From: Ascidiella aspersa
Lineage: Eukaryota
DNA length: 64,000 bases
Assembly: GCA_963924565.1 (NCBI GenBank)
Contig: OZ004607.1
Span: 33,976,001-34,040,000, forward strand
Direction: 5' to 3'
The translations under genes were made by a program, and so were the position numbers. Numbering within the stretch: position 1 is the first letter of the stretch; each line of letters opens with the position of its first letter. A model generated the notes under the pieces. That model had not been told where the DNA came from. It ran no database searches and saw nothing but the letters and a program-made list of their open reading frames with translations. Shown here piece by piece: positions 27,079-46,619 of this stretch.

Positions 27079-27627
27079 CAGGGGTAACCTACGGCCCGCC
27101 GATGAAATCCATCCGGCCCGCCGTCTCCCAGACAAATCAGACACGAGTCTATTTCACATACTTTTTGATTAATTTAACTACGTAATTGCGAATTTTTTTG
27201 TTTTCGGCAATGTAATAAAAACTTGAAAAACATTTAAAAGAAATATCTGTATAGCAAAAAAAAATCGCGCTCGCTTCGCTCGCCTGGACTTCAAACGGTT
27301 AAACAAAAACTGAGCTAGATTAACTTTAAATGTTATCACGTTCCCTTAAAGTAGTTTTATCACACTTTTCATTAGTAGTACGGATGACGACGTGTGAACT
27401 TTTTAACCAAACGAACGCTTTTTTTTCGCGCTTTGCGTCAACACTTTATACTGCCTCTGTACATGTAATTAAAACGTTTTTAAGTGCAAAAAATATCCGA
27501 GGCCCGCCTGATTGACAGTTGCTCTAACATTTTAATAACACAATTCTTAGTTAACATTTGTGCGGCCCGCAGAGACCTTTCTAAGTTTGGTTTTGGCCCG
27601 CGACTAGAAAAAGGTTGCCGACCCCTG
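27079..27627. mobile_element. hAT (Buster/Charlie-type) MITE
   Basis: CAGGGGT...ACCCCTG ends, perfect TSD GGCTAAAC, GGCCCG subterminal repeats. Confidence 0.85.
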
Positions 27628-29368
27628 GGCTAAACAGTAAACATAACTAAAATACCTAAATATTCGTTATTATCAGGCATTCCTAGTGGCTATAAATGAA
27701 GTTATTGGTGCCTAATGGTCGAAATTAGAGTTGCATGGTGAGTTTATACGACCATTTTGACTTGGTGGTATAAACTTGTTTATGTCAGTCCAACTTGCTC
27801 TCTAATGACGATTATTACGTGGCTCGTTTGAGACTAGCGGCAGAGCAACGTTCCTGTAGAGCAGGGATTGCGAACCACTGACCCGCGACCACAGATTTTT
27901 AATGACCCGCTTGTCTCTCTAGAAATGTTAACAGTTAATTTCGGAAAATGGTGAATGCAAAAAACAATTCTTTGTTAGATAGCACTATACTGTTTAAATC
28001 AGGGCTGCCCAGTCTGTGGGTTGTGCAAAAGTGTTTAAGGGGTGATGGGTATAGGGCTGCATTAACTGCACTTCAACAAATGCGTACACTCGTGCAGAAA
28101 AGCAGATAACTAAAAGCATTTTAATTATCCCTGTTAAACGTAAATAGTGAAATCAGGAGCTCACAGACTAAAAATTGTGAATATCCTTGTTTAAACCATG
28201 CTGAAAAGCTTTCTGGTGAACTCCTGTAATTCAATAAAAAATGCTGCAATTGTTTAGGTTCTTAATGTTCGTCGAAGTCCGAATTTGAAAATCGTCCAAA
28301 AACCATGAATTGCCAACCCGAAAAATAACACTGAAAACGACTCAGCAGCAAAGTTTCGCATAAAATTAGCACTTAATTAAGTATATGACCCACTTGAGCA
28401 TTTTGTAAGGATTAAGGTTGTGTTTGTAACCCGTGCGATGAAAAGGTTCGCCATCCCTGTACTATTTTTGCCAAGTGAAAGCAGACAGCTAGTGGATCTA
28501 TGAAGCTGTAGCCTCTTCAAATCATATATTGTTGTTAGCTTTTCCTTTCTTTTCTCGTCTGGACAGGGATAATTTTATAAACGGTTCTACGAATTGCCGT
28601 CAGTCTTTCAGCTAGATGGGCGTTATAGCTCTCCTAAGACCATACACGGTTATTTAATTGCTGCATGGTTGAGCCCGAGCTTATTTTGTTATTGTTTTGA
28701 CTTCTCTAAGCCCATAATTTATCTACAAGCATGAGTCACTCTGTACGTCTGTCTAGCGTTAGCGATAACTGCCAAGCCATATTCCTGTTCCATCTTCTCG
28801 TGCCTGCTAATATATATTTTACTCCGTCTCTTTAAGAGAGATCACTTGTTCTCTCGTGGTCTCCTCGCTTTCTTTCTGTCAATAAACCAAACAAGCTTAC
28901 CGTACAACCAGTAGCCGGCAATACATTATAAGGTGCTCTTTCGGTACTACGTATGAAAATAGGTTGTTCAGATATTTCGAGGCTGGAACTTCCTTTTTAT
29001 TACAGTAGCTGATCAAATGAATTCCTCTCCCACAACATTTTAAAAATTGCCATGATATTAAAAAAAAATGTTTTACCATTGTTGGTTTATTTTCTTGCTA
29101 CACACCTAATAAACAATGCTTAGTTTTCTACCTGCAAATCAAAATCTGCAGTATTTTCGTGGGAAAAGGGTAGTTGAGCGCTAGATGTGCATGGCTAAAC
29201 CTGAACTGGCATACAATAAACCTCTAAAGATAAAATCACGCAATTATTTTTTCTAAAAAAGCGAGGAAACTGTTTTTATTTAGGAAAACCGAGCGTACAG
29301 TTCTCGGTGAAAACGCCAAAACGTTATGTACAGTGACAAGTGTGATGCTGTGTGTGCGGATGACGTCA

Positions 29369-35380
<6,012 letters not shown>

Positions 35381-35618
35381 AATTCCAAAAAATTTTAGAA
35401 AAACAAAGCGTAATCCAGAACTTTCGAAAACTCTTGAGAAATCAAATCAACGGAAAACAAATTTGTTCATGTGCGTTCAAGATTTTAAACACACATTGTT
35501 TCGCGTGTATTTTGAATTCGATTTCTATGATCTGGTAGCTTTCTACGAACCGATAAAATATGGAAAGCCAAAGCCGCAAAAATACCACTTTATGGATTTC
35601 AATGAAAAGTATTTATTA

Positions 35619-35941
35619 GGCAAAGGCGCATTCTAATGGTATAACGTTGATTCACATTATATTGAAACGTTGTTTTTTTACAGCCAGTAGCCACTCAAAT
35701 AATGTCTGGTTAAACCAGTGGTTCTCAACCGGGGTGCCGTTTTTACCGCTCAAGGGTGCCGAGAAATATTTTAAATTGTTTAAGATTTCAAATTTTGCTC
35801 TATTGGTAATCCTCTTGATACAATTTTTGTGTACGTAGAAGTGCCAAAAACTAAAAAGGTTTTTTAAACCTTGTTGCACAGTTAATGTGCTGTTTCAATC
35901 TCGGCAAAGGCGCATTCTAACGGTATAACGTTGATTCACAT
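35619..35941. repeat. 39-bp direct repeat flanking a ~245-bp copy of sequence from ~38274-38521
   Basis: ggcaaaggcgcattctaaYggtataacgttgattcacat at 35619-35657 and 35903-35941. The interior matches the 38.3-38.5 kb segment. Confidence 0.85.
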
Positions 35942-37307
35942 ATCAATTTTTTAAATGAAATAGAAACATTGCATTTCATTTTGCAACTTATGATTCAAAC
36001 ACTTGGCGATTTAGTTCTCTATTTTCTATTTCACATAGCTACCTTTTGATTGTAATGCCTATACTTTGCAATCTATTTGTCCAGTTTGTAATTACTAATT
36101 ACCTAAACAAATTTTATTTACAACGTTCAGACATGTAATAGCAAGACAGCTTTTGAAACAGCAACTCTAAAAATAAAAAATAATAAATCCTTGTTTAAGA
36201 TATATTACAGGGGTGGGCAAATGTATTCAATGGAAGAGCCATTTGCAGAAAATACAAGCACCAAAGAGCCTCAAAATTATTTCAATACATAAACGGTAAA
36301 TAATGCAAGGCCAGTCGCAATAATAACAGAATTGTTATAATTCATAACACAACGGTAATTATTAACACAATAATAACGGTAATAGCAAAATAACACGCAC
36401 AATATTTACTAATATCAGTCTTTTGTTAACTAACTATTCGGACTCTATGCTCAGTTTAACGTCATAAACGAAATGCTTAAACGAAATGCAGCCGAGTAAA
36501 TTAGCATAAAGCAGATGCCACTTACAAGTATATCAGCGTCAGTTAGCGTGCGTCAGTTAGCGTACGCAAGTCGAAACAGTGTTCCGACAACAAAATACGA
36601 AAGAAAAATAAATCTGCCATACTACGAAATATTGCAAAATAACACAGTCGCCGTAGCACGTAAGGGCAAAAGTAATTTGACTGTCTGGTACAATAACTCT
36701 ACAAAAGCGTATACTTCCTATACGAATCCCGCCGTACAGTATCGCTTAATCTAATTTAGTCGAGTCTTGACCTCCAAATTAAGAAGTGTGGTATTTCCTA
36801 ATTTTCAAAAAATGTAAGTCAGTGAAATAATCCCAGATCCGTCTATTGTAAATAATGAAATGCCATTCCTTCATTTGCCGTTTTCCCACTACACCCCTAA
36901 AAAATGTTTTTGTCTCGCGTGGACCACAGTGGGCACAAATTTCAAAAAATGACGTCATAAATTTACGTCACAATACAAATAGAATTCATAAACCTGCTGA
37001 TTTCGGTCCAAAAATGTGGAGGTGAAATGGACTTTTAATGCATCAGTGCAAAACCGTTATTATTTTGTTTTTTTGATAAATATATTACTTTTAAATGTAC
37101 ACTAATATTTCAATTAGGCCTTCATGGACCCCCTAAAACTATTTCACGGACCCCCAAGGAGTCCATGGACCCCACTTTAAGAATCCCTGCCCTAATCCAA
37201 GTCTAATTAACAACATATTTTTAACAGTTGACTGTATTGACAAACATAGCAAAGCGTCATATTATTCAAACTTTGCCGCCGTAAAATATGTTATACATTC
37301 ACTAGCC

Positions 37308-38174
37308 CAGGGGTCGGCAACCTTTCGTACGCAGAGTGCCAGTTTATGAATAATGTCGTACACGGGTAGTTTTGACTGGTCTTACTCGACTCCCGAGTCC
37401 GACTCAGCAGCCCTGCTGTGATCTGACATCTAATTTTCGTATCTTTTTTGAAATATACTTCAATGCTTTTAAGCCGATACCTAGAAGTGTTAACTATCAG
37501 TTTCGTTTTAGTTGGTTTCTCAGTCGCACAAAAACACACGTGCTTACTTTTAATGTAGAACAGTGGTTCTCAACCTTAAAGTTTAGGATTTAAACGAGTT
37601 GTAGCCTACTTTTAAATAGTTGGACCCAACCCTTTTGCAGCATTGTGACATAAGATGAAGTCCAAAGTAGACCGTTAACTCTATGTTACATCACAATGCT
37701 GCAAATTACGGAACTGGCTAAGTTCTAAATTTGATGGACAAGCCGCCTTCAACATCTTGCTTTTTGCAATTGAGATATAAATTTGTAATATATATTTGGC
37801 GGACCGGCAGGAAAGTTGACGCGGTTGAGAACCACTGATTTAGAATGCCCTGCTTTAACGTAGTAAACGTTACGCCAAATTTGGGGCATTGTGACGTAAT
37901 ATGAACTGTTGGTAAACAACAACTACGCCCACCAAATATAATATTAAATACAACACAGTTAAGACACTTATTTGTGACACGAACTGACAATGTGTGCAAC
38001 CATTTAGTTAGCGCTAGTGTTAGTAATGTATTAGTAATGTTAATGATGTGGTAGTGATGTAATGGTTGCACTTTCTTACGGTGATATAACGTGAGCGTTA
38101 AATCATTTGGCGTGCCATGCAAAATCATCTTGCGTGCCACAAGTGGCACGCGTGCCAGGGGTTGCCGACCCCTG
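37308..38174. mobile_element. hAT MITE with nested second MITE (37561-37837)
   Basis: Outer TIR CAGGGGTCGGCAACC with perfect TSD CACTAGCC. Inner TIR CAGTGGTTCTCAACC with TSD atgtagaa/atttagaa. Confidence 0.88.
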
Positions 38175-38333
38175 CACTAGCCTATAGTTATAGAGCCACT
38201 CACTGAGATGGTACATCAAGTTTACCACATTTACCGCTAGATCGCGACAGAGAAGTGGTCTGACGTCCATTGATTATATTGAAACGTTGTTTTTTTTACA
38301 GCCAGTAGCCACTTAAATAATGTCTGGTTAAAC

Positions 38334-38632
38334 CAGTGGTTCTCAACCGGGGTGCCGTTTTCATTGTTCAAGGGTGCCAAGAGATATTTTTAAATCTTTA
38401 GAAATCCAATTCTTTGCTGTTGGGAAGCTTCTTAATACAATTTTTGTGTACGTTAGAAGTGCCATAAACTAAAAAGGTTTTGTAAACCTTGTCGTACAGT
38501 TAATGTGCTGTTTTAATCTCGTTTATTGTAACGCTACGGTACAGTTAACCACTTAAACTTTATAATTATTATAGTAAACCCTTTATAATTTCTATAGGGT
38601 GCCGCAAGCCAAAAAAAGTTTGAGAACCGCTG
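38334..38632. mobile_element. hAT (Buster/Charlie-type) MITE
   Basis: TIR CAGTGGTTCTCAA / TTGAGAACCGCTG, perfect TSD GGTTAAAC. Confidence 0.88.
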
Positions 38633-39487
38633 GGTTAAACCCTGAAATGTAGGCTATTTAGCTTTGTCCCAATACCATTCTCCACCTAACTTTGATACCA
38701 TTAAACAAGGATGGCCGACACTGTTTAAATGCAAAAGTAGGTTGAAAAAAAAATATGAAATCGAATCTGTATTAAGCGAAGTCCGTAACTTGAAATTATA
38801 CCTTTGGACTGATAACGCTCGAGGCCAATTGTTTCCAACCTTTTTATGGTTTACGGCACATCTCAGAATTCATAATTAGATTCCTTCGCCCCTAGTAAAA
38901 TTTTCAAAGTTGTTTACTATCGTCACAATAATCGGAACTGAACAACACAATCAGCTTAAAAAAATGTAGTAAAATATAATTTGGGTATTTGCACTCTAAC
39001 TATATGTACACAAAGAAGAAAAAAGATCCCGAATACAGATCGGCACATTCGAGCATTCAAAATGTCACCTAGAATGGAACTCAATGCTTTCGTCGAAAGA
39101 AGTTATTTATGGTATTCATGCTTTTAAAGGATTTAGCTTTGAAGAAAGCCAATGAATCCACAAAACACACTCATTCAGGTCAGCTATAAGTTAGTTTTAC
39201 CTAAATGTTTATTTTTGTTATATAAGTTACATTCAACTGCATGAGTATGTACTCCGTGAGTCATGTGCACGCAGAACTAAATTAACCAGTAAGCAAAAAG
39301 GTAAGGGGGACACCACAGAAATTTCCATTGTCAAATTTTCAATGTGTTTAATGAAATAATTCGAGTTGGTCAGAACACTCAGCCCTCAATAGTGGCCCGG
39401 AATCCCGATGGATAACATTTCCTATGGTTTTTGTATTTATATTTTGAACGACATTTATATAGGAACCAAAGTCTTAAGGGCCTAGAG

Positions 39488-39844
39488 CAGTGGTTCTCAA
39501 CCAGTGGGCCATGGTTCACTGGTGGGCCATAAGAACATTTAGGGTGGGCCACAGACTAATTCAAAAAAGCTAGATTTATTGACGAATTTAGTTTTATGTG
39601 TGTCACTATACTTAATTTTACAGGAATATTGGCTTGGGGAGGAATTGAGAAGGTATGTAAATGAAACGTAAATTTATTGTTCAGAAGAAAGTATCTCAAT
39701 AATCCACGGTTAAATAAATAATCCGTATTGACATATGCTCCGCTATTTTTGTTGTATAGTTTGTTCTTTCATCAAAATTATTGGGCCATAGAACTTTTGT
39801 GCAACGAAAATGGGTCACGAGAGGAAAAAGGATGAGAACCACTG
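39488..39844. mobile_element. hAT (Buster/Charlie-type) MITE
   Basis: TIR CAGTGGTTCTCA / TGAGAACCACTG, perfect TSD GCCTAGAG. Confidence 0.88.
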
Positions 39845-40280
39845 GCCTAGAGGGCCTCTGAAAGGCATAATCCGGCCCCGTGTGTACGGTATATCTATTG
39901 TACAAAAATAATTTGCCTGTAGTGGGGATTGCGTTTTTGTACTCGGACAAATCCCTTTATTTGTACTTCCACCGCATTTTTGGTTACAGTTGTTCTATCA
40001 ACATAGAAAGTGCACAATGTACTACAAAGTTATCGTTATATGTACTTTTTATGGCCACGTAGGCCATACATATGCATAAGACACACGTTTAAGTAAAATT
40101 TGAAAACGATTTCAAAGTACAGGCGAAATAGATAAATTTATTAAATAAACTTTAATCTGTAAATATGAAAGACGCACAGAACGAGATGCAAAATTAGGCA
40201 TAAATAAGTATAAAAATGGAACAATAAAAAAGTGCAAAAATAAAACGTAGAACAGTGACAGTGGTGCCCAATAAATTACA

Positions 40281-41510
40281 TTAAAACAGGAAAATCGTTG
40301 AAAAACTGCCTGATAAAAACGCTAAAAGAAGAAAATATTCTAAACAATTGTTAAAACTTGAAGAACAGTTCGTAAAGTTAGGCGATGTATAAGTTCGTTT
40401 TCTTTTAATTCCGTAGTGTGCGTTGACTTCACCATCGCCACTTGCGGCAAATGTGGCGGTAAAGCGTCTCTTTGCCACATTCAAGTGAGTGTCGGGCCTC
40501 GAAGTGACAAGCAAGACAGTGGCATCTCCGATAGTGGCAGCGGTTTTTGTGACGTCGTTGTCAGTGGCAGTTTTAGCAATAAAAACAGTATTTGTCGCTT
40601 TGGATGAATCATTCGGAGAGACACCATTTGTGGCATTGGCAGCTTTAGCTGTAAAAACAGTTTTTATGACATTGGCAATGCCTGTAGTAGAGTTGTAATC
40701 TGATTTAGTGACAACAGTGTCATCTGTAGTACTGGCAGTGGCGTCGCTTTTTGTCGCATTTGTGGCATTGACGGTGTTCGTTGAAATAGTTGTAGTGGCA
40801 GTAGCCGTAACGGCAGCTGTAAAAACGACATTTGTATTGTTGGCAATGTCAGGCCTAATACTGACGTATGCGGTTGGCATGATACTTGTGGCATTGCTAG
40901 ATATATATGTGGCAACGACACTTGTTGCATTGGCGGTGGCAGCCGAAGTGATAGCATCTAAATTTGATATGGTTGCGTTGATGGTATTTGTGTTACTGGA
41001 GTCACCGTCACTGTCTAAAGTAATAGTGGCAGTCGTTGTTGTCGGATTAATGTTATTGGCAGTACCCGCTTTTGTAATGTTATTTCTGGCACTGACATTG
41101 GCAATTATATTTGCGCCTTCAGTTGTAATGATTGTGCTACACGCATGTCTTGCATTGTCAACGTTAGCTGTTGCAGCAAAATTGGAAGTGTTGAGAAAAA
41201 ATAACTTTTTAGCAGGATGTGTTTTGACGTAAGTGGAAGCTGTATCAACTGTATATTTTGTTGTATTTTCTTCTGTAGAAGTCGTATCTGTGTTAAAGAT
41301 GGTTGCAGTGAATTTTTGACTTTTACTAGTGGTGGTTGTAAAAACTGCATATTGATTCATGTCAGTTGTATCAGGTACATCATTGGTGTTAGTTGTGACA
41401 AGTGTAAATGCATCCGTAGTAGTTGTTGCTGCAGTAGCAATGGCATCTGTGGTATTGGCAGCATTGTGAACCGTTATAGTGGTAAGTACGACAACAACAA
41501 CAACAACAAG
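40281..41510 (-). CDS. Second Thr/Ala/Asn-rich mucin-like ORF (409 codons) with basic patch and C-terminal hydrophobic tail; probably an alternative or extended 3' part of the Ly6-mucin gene
   Basis: Open from right after the TAA at 41511-41513 to 40281 in the same frame. Many N-x-T/S sequons. Ends GIKRKR...CLEYFLLLAFLSGSFSTIFLF. No signal peptide after its first ATG (41360). Confidence 0.65.
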   Translation of the reverse strand, partial: LVVVVVVVLTTITVHNAANTTDAIATAATTTTDAFTLVTTNTNDVPDTTDMNQYAVFTTTTSKSQKFTATIFNTDTTSTEENTTKYTVDTASTYVKTHPAKKLFFLNTSNFAATANVDNARHACSTIITTEGANIIANVSARNNITKAGTANNINPTTTTATITLDSDGDSSNTNTINATISNLDAITSAATANATSVVATYISSNATSIMPTAYVSIRPDIANNTNVVFTAAVTATATTTISTNTVNATNATKSDATASTTDDTVVTKSDYNSTTGIANVIKTVFTAKAANATNGVSPNDSSKATNTVFIAKTATDNDVTKTAATIGDATVLLVTSRPDTHLNVAKRRFTATFAASGDGEVNAHYGIKRKRTYTSPNFTNCSSSFNNCLEYFLLLAFLSGSFSTIFLF

Positions 41511-44500
41511 TTAACTTACGCTATACAGAAAAGCAATTACACAACCGCCTGACACAAACATTATCAAAACAAAACCTGTTGTAAACTTTCGGAATCTCGA
41601 AGAATTTTTCGAAATCTTTCTTCTTCGTGAGGAGCCGTTTTTGGACGAAGAATCAGTGGCAATGGAGGATGTTTTCTCAGCTTGGTTAGTCGTGGAAATT
41701 GGTTCTAATGTAGTGCTAGAAACTGTAGTGGTGGCTATCTTCTTAGTGGCAATCTCGTTAGTGGCAACCTTGCTGTTGTCAACCTTTTTGTTGTCAACTT
41801 TGCCAGTGGCTAACTCGTCAGGTACAACTGTGCTGGAAGCAATCATGATGGCTGTAGCCTCGAAAGTGGCAACCTCGGAAGTGGCAACTTTTGCATTGGC
41901 AACCTTATCAGTAACAACTGTGCTAGTTGTCTCCTCGAAAGTGGTAGGTTCAGTAGTGGCAATCTTAGTAGTGGCACGTGTGCTAGTGGCAACCGTGCTG
42001 ATAGTAACGGGGGTGGTTGAAGCCATAGTAGTGGTGGTAGGTGTTGTACTTTCTGTCGTTGTGGCCTTTGTAGTAGTAGTTGTAGTTGTTGTTGTAGAAA
42101 AAGCTTCAAAGGTTGTTATCCTGTTTTGATTGCACAGGTTGCCAACGCAGCAAGAGGAAGCACAATACCTGCGAAGATTGAGGTAATTAGTAATTTAAAA
42201 ACCGCGAGTAATTTCATATAGGTGTGTAACGTTCGGTCCCGAAACGAAAATATGTGGCCCGCGACAGGCTTGAATTTTGGGCCTGTGACAGCAACACTCG
42301 ACGAGTAGCTTTATGGTGCGTTTAAATAATTACTGTTAATCGCACGATCAATTTGTCAAGCTTTTTATCTACCAATCTTCCGGGAATAAATCCTTAGTTC
42401 TGTTCGTTATGCTATCGGCTTGTCGCTCCCTTGAAATTGCTTAAGTAACTGCTGGTCTTAGCAAATCCCGTGACTGTAAAATTGACAAATGTTAAACGCT
42501 GGTGGCTAGGCTTTTTAACAAACTTTACGGTGTATGAAATTGCCTGTCGATCAGCGATGAACAACACCTTGCGGATGGACTTTAGTTTACAAGCACTTCA
42601 CTTATGGCGAATCTAGTTGATGAGAAATGAGTTTGGCCCGCGGCTTTATTCGCATACACATATTTGGCTCTTTGGCTTATTCGCATATATACATATATGG
42701 CTCGACCATTTTTAAAAGGTTTCACGCCCCTGTCGTAATTGAACGTTGACCTAAAAAACGAAACTTATGCGCGAGTTAAAAGATGAACCAAACTTTATTA
42801 GGTAGTAATACAGATGACGTCACTCGTAACGTCAGCATCATCGTTTCCGCGAAGAGAATGTTGTCTCTAAAATCGTTTGGAGAAAGGACGGCGCCGAGTG
42901 TGACGTAACAACAGATACTGGGATGTCACGTGTGACGTAACAATAAACTATCCTTCTGCCAAATACGCTGTAGAAAAGTCTTTTTCAAAAATGCTGTTGA
43001 AAATACGTCATTTAGCCAAGAAAACGTTTTTCGAAATGTCGTTTATATTGGCCTTTCGAACTGTGTTTTAACTTATTTGGGAAATATACATTATTTTGTC
43101 CTGCGCTCATAGATTTATCACGTCACCCTGATTGGGTGAAGAACAGTGGCTTACATTTGTGAACAGTATACACATTCTGTTCGAAATAATTTCATTTCAA
43201 AATGGACATTTTTCAACCTAAGGATTGTGACCTAAAATTCGGTCGCCGTTTGATTTGATTGGGGTGCAGATTACGGTAGTTTTATATGGGTGTATTTAAT
43301 AAGATGGATAATCCCCATGAAGACTTATGTTTTATTGGCTGGCGAAAAGCGAAAAAAGTTTGAAAAACACTGTTTTTAGTAGATATACTAACAAATAAAC
43401 TCATCGACGCCTAAATTAAGCCTTTCTACTGGAAAGACGTATTTCAGTAACCGGTTGTCATGTCAGAAAACTCGCAGCAGCAAGCAGCAAAATCAAACAG
43501 AAAGCAACAGCAACTCACGAGACAAAGTAGTCGCTCTCGTATTGTTGACAGACATGGTCGAGGTCGCGGCACTGCGAATAGTTCCGGCATCCGGTCGAGG
43601 TGACAGCCACGTTGATACCTTCAAACACACACAAATACTTCTTGTTAATGCGTTTCTTGGCAAGCTCCCTTTCGACTGAAGTAGAGAAGGTCGTGAGTAG
43701 GGATGACCGATACTTAATATTTTATTCTGCCGATACCCGATATTTTGGACAAAAAGCATCGCGACCCGATCGGATGCCGAATAAAGTTACTGCTACGCTC
43801 AAAATAAACAAAATAAATGCAATGATAATGTTTAAGGTTTTTTTTTTTCAGGTTAATAGGTCAAAATTGGCTTAAGCATTACAAAGTTTGGTTACCTACA
43901 TTTTTTAAACCTACTGTTTTTTCAAATATTTGTATTTTAAGGAAGAATCGCTGTATTGGATCGCAAGTCATGGATAAAGTTTCTTTATTTTAATATCGGA
44001 TCGGGACCGATACCACCCTAGTATCGGATGAGTACCATATTGTCGGACATCCTTAGTAATAAGCGTATTCCAAATCACTTGATCATCTTTTTTAAACACG
44101 TTCTCCACGCTAACACAATTATGCTTTCCTGTAATAACGGACAAGCATATGATTTTTTAAAACTAGAAAAGTTGTAAAAAAAACACTAGTTAAGGAAGAA
44201 ATGTGACAATATCAATTTATTCCATTTTCCAAGTCCTAAACCTCTTTTTGTTACAATATGGTTTACATTCTTAGGACAGCTCCAGTCGGACATTATTTAT
44301 GAAACTGGTAAAAGCGGTTGACCATTTTGTATTCCACAAGAGTAACAAAAGGCACTTTGGTTAACATGTTTGTCCGTATATGCAAGGATATTAAAAAAAA
44401 ATAAGAAGCCTTTTTCCAAAGGCTGTACAAATAATCGCTGTTGTGATTCAAAGGCACTTTGGTTAAGATAATATTTGTCCGTATCCAAGTACATTTTAAA

Positions 44501-46619
44501 AAGTAAGAAGCCTCTTTCCAAAGGCTGTAAAAATAATTGCGGTTGAGATTTCAACTTTTATAAATTTGATAAGTAAATAACATGTTTTTCTGCGGCGTAA
44601 TTTTTTGTGTTTTATGGCAGCAGTTTCGTAATGTTCCGTCGCTGTTCGAGACGTCCTTAATTGAACTCTACCCTTCGTCGCGATTACGTTATGATGACGT
44701 CATAGCTCACCGGATCCAGTTTGTCCGGCCATAACTCGATTTAATAAATTAGTTGTCGACTAGGCCGTAAAACATCGTTTTTTCGATTACCTCTAAATAT
44801 ACCTACTATGACGGAACACATAATGAAGTCACACACATGTTTATACACGCTTTGAGTCATTTAAAGCCACGCAACTCTAATTTTTAGCCACGCAACTCGA
44901 TCAGCAGATTGTTCTGGCCCTAATGGCGTGATATTTCCGGCTGTGCGTTTGGCCGCATTCGAAAGAACGAAAGATCATTAAATCGCAGTGTTATTTTTTG
45001 TTCGTCGAATCTCACGTTTCGTGCAATTATAGTCATCAGTTTTCACGGGCAAATTCGCCAGCCCTTCCGCGAAACTACAGTGTACAAAGAGTTTTTACCG
45101 GAAGGTGTTTCGACGCTTGTTGTCTAAACTTAGAACAATAAAATCGGTCTGATGTACGGACTATTTTTGACCGATTGCGAATATTGCAGATTACATGTAG
45201 CTAGGAAACCAATTTAGTTTTGCATTTTAGCTTCAAAGCTATTCCTACTGTCTTCTAATAGCTGTAGTTTAAAATATTACATTTCGGCTGCCTATACTTT
45301 GCCGTGTTTGCATAAAGGAAAACATTATGCCTGAAATTTGCATGTGTCTGACCGGAGCTATATGAAATCGTTTTTAACATAATACACACCAATAAAAAAC
45401 GTACTTGCCAAAGGAAATTTTAAACCTGCGTCATAGGAAGTTGTCACCATAAAGTAAGTCTGAAAGCGGATATGACAAACAAGCTAGACTTTCTAAAATT
45501 TGAATTATGTGTTCAAGGCAAAAACGTGATGAGTTTAAAATCAAAAACTTTTCAGGAATTTTTGCTCGTCAACTGCCCTTTCTAAAATTTTGTACTTTTT
45601 ACGCCCTTTTACAGACAAACACAGGAATGTTAGGCAAAGCACTAGTGGTTTTCTAAGCAAATTGGTGGAGCAAATGTATCTCGACGGTTAACATATAGAA
45701 GTACTTTCCTCAGAATATTTTAGCCTTGTTCAACAACACAATCGCTCTGTTCGAAACGAACAATTGGCAATTGTACGTCATAGCATTGCAATTAGGTATT
45801 TTTTCTTGAGTTTTGAAACATGCCAACATACACGTTCGCGCCTACAACATCTATAAATCAATACCGAAGTAAGGCCTTACCTCCATTGTTAGGTATAGTT
45901 TAATCTAAGGCCATAATTATTTCTCTGTTTGGATTTTTTTGAATCACAGAAAACGGTATACGCAAAAAAACAACAACCTAAAGGTTAATAAAAAACTAAT
46001 ATATTGTTGCCTATCTTAAATCTAAAGATATTTTAAAAGTTTCCTCTGAAAACAAAATGGCGTTCAATTATAGATCCCAGTCGACAACATAACGACGCTA
46101 AAGCACTGTCAAAATAAGAAATTCTCAACACGTTCACCTTTACCAACATTTAAGACCACAATGCTTGCTCTTTTTACCTAACGCTACAAATATAACAACA
46201 GGCGTTGATACGGTAAAATAGATTTAGTTTGTTATATTTATTATTTTGTTGCGCCGCATTAAGACGTTTAGTCCGCTGTTTTAAGCTCCAAATGTATCTA
46301 CAAACGTATGCCATAAAACTCCTAAAGTCCATCCTTCATTTAGCACTTTGAATCAAATCAATTTTGACGGTCCTTTAAAGAAACCAAAGGCTCTTAACCG
46401 TGAGAAACTAGGCAACTTACCACTCGTTGTGAAGTTAACCTCGGTTCTGAGGCAGAACAGTCCACGCGGGCAGCTGGTCGTTTGCGTCTTCACCACACTG
46501 TTGAGATTGGTAGAACCAGATATTAGAGTGTCGGTGCCATCGAGGCATTGCAACGCTAAGGTCGCGGACAACAGGCTTGATAAGACGAGAAGCGACTGGT
46601 AAGGCCACCGCAAAGGCAT
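41511..46619 (-). CDS. Ly6/uPAR (three-finger) domain protein with Thr-rich mucin stalk and hydrophobic C-terminus, 318 aa
   Basis: Exons 46421-46619, 43519-43618, 41511-42168 join in phase (1, 2). Signal peptide ending SATLA-LQC, 10 Cys ending in CCVGNLCN (the LU-domain CCxxxxCN motif), then a T-rich stalk, RRRK and a hydrophobic tail. Confidence 0.82.
44348..44551. repeat. Tandem duplication, two ~102-bp units
   Basis: aaaggcactttggttaa...tttgtccgtat...taagaagcct...tccaaaggctgta...aataat occurs twice. Confidence 0.8.

Noticed and set aside
37718-38149. 143-aa ORF as a transposase
   Set aside because: It spans nested MITE sequence and has no DDE or hAT motifs.
40416-42129. Val/Cys-rich plus-strand ORFs resembling membrane proteins
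   Set aside because: They are antisense shadows of the Thr-rich mucin codons.
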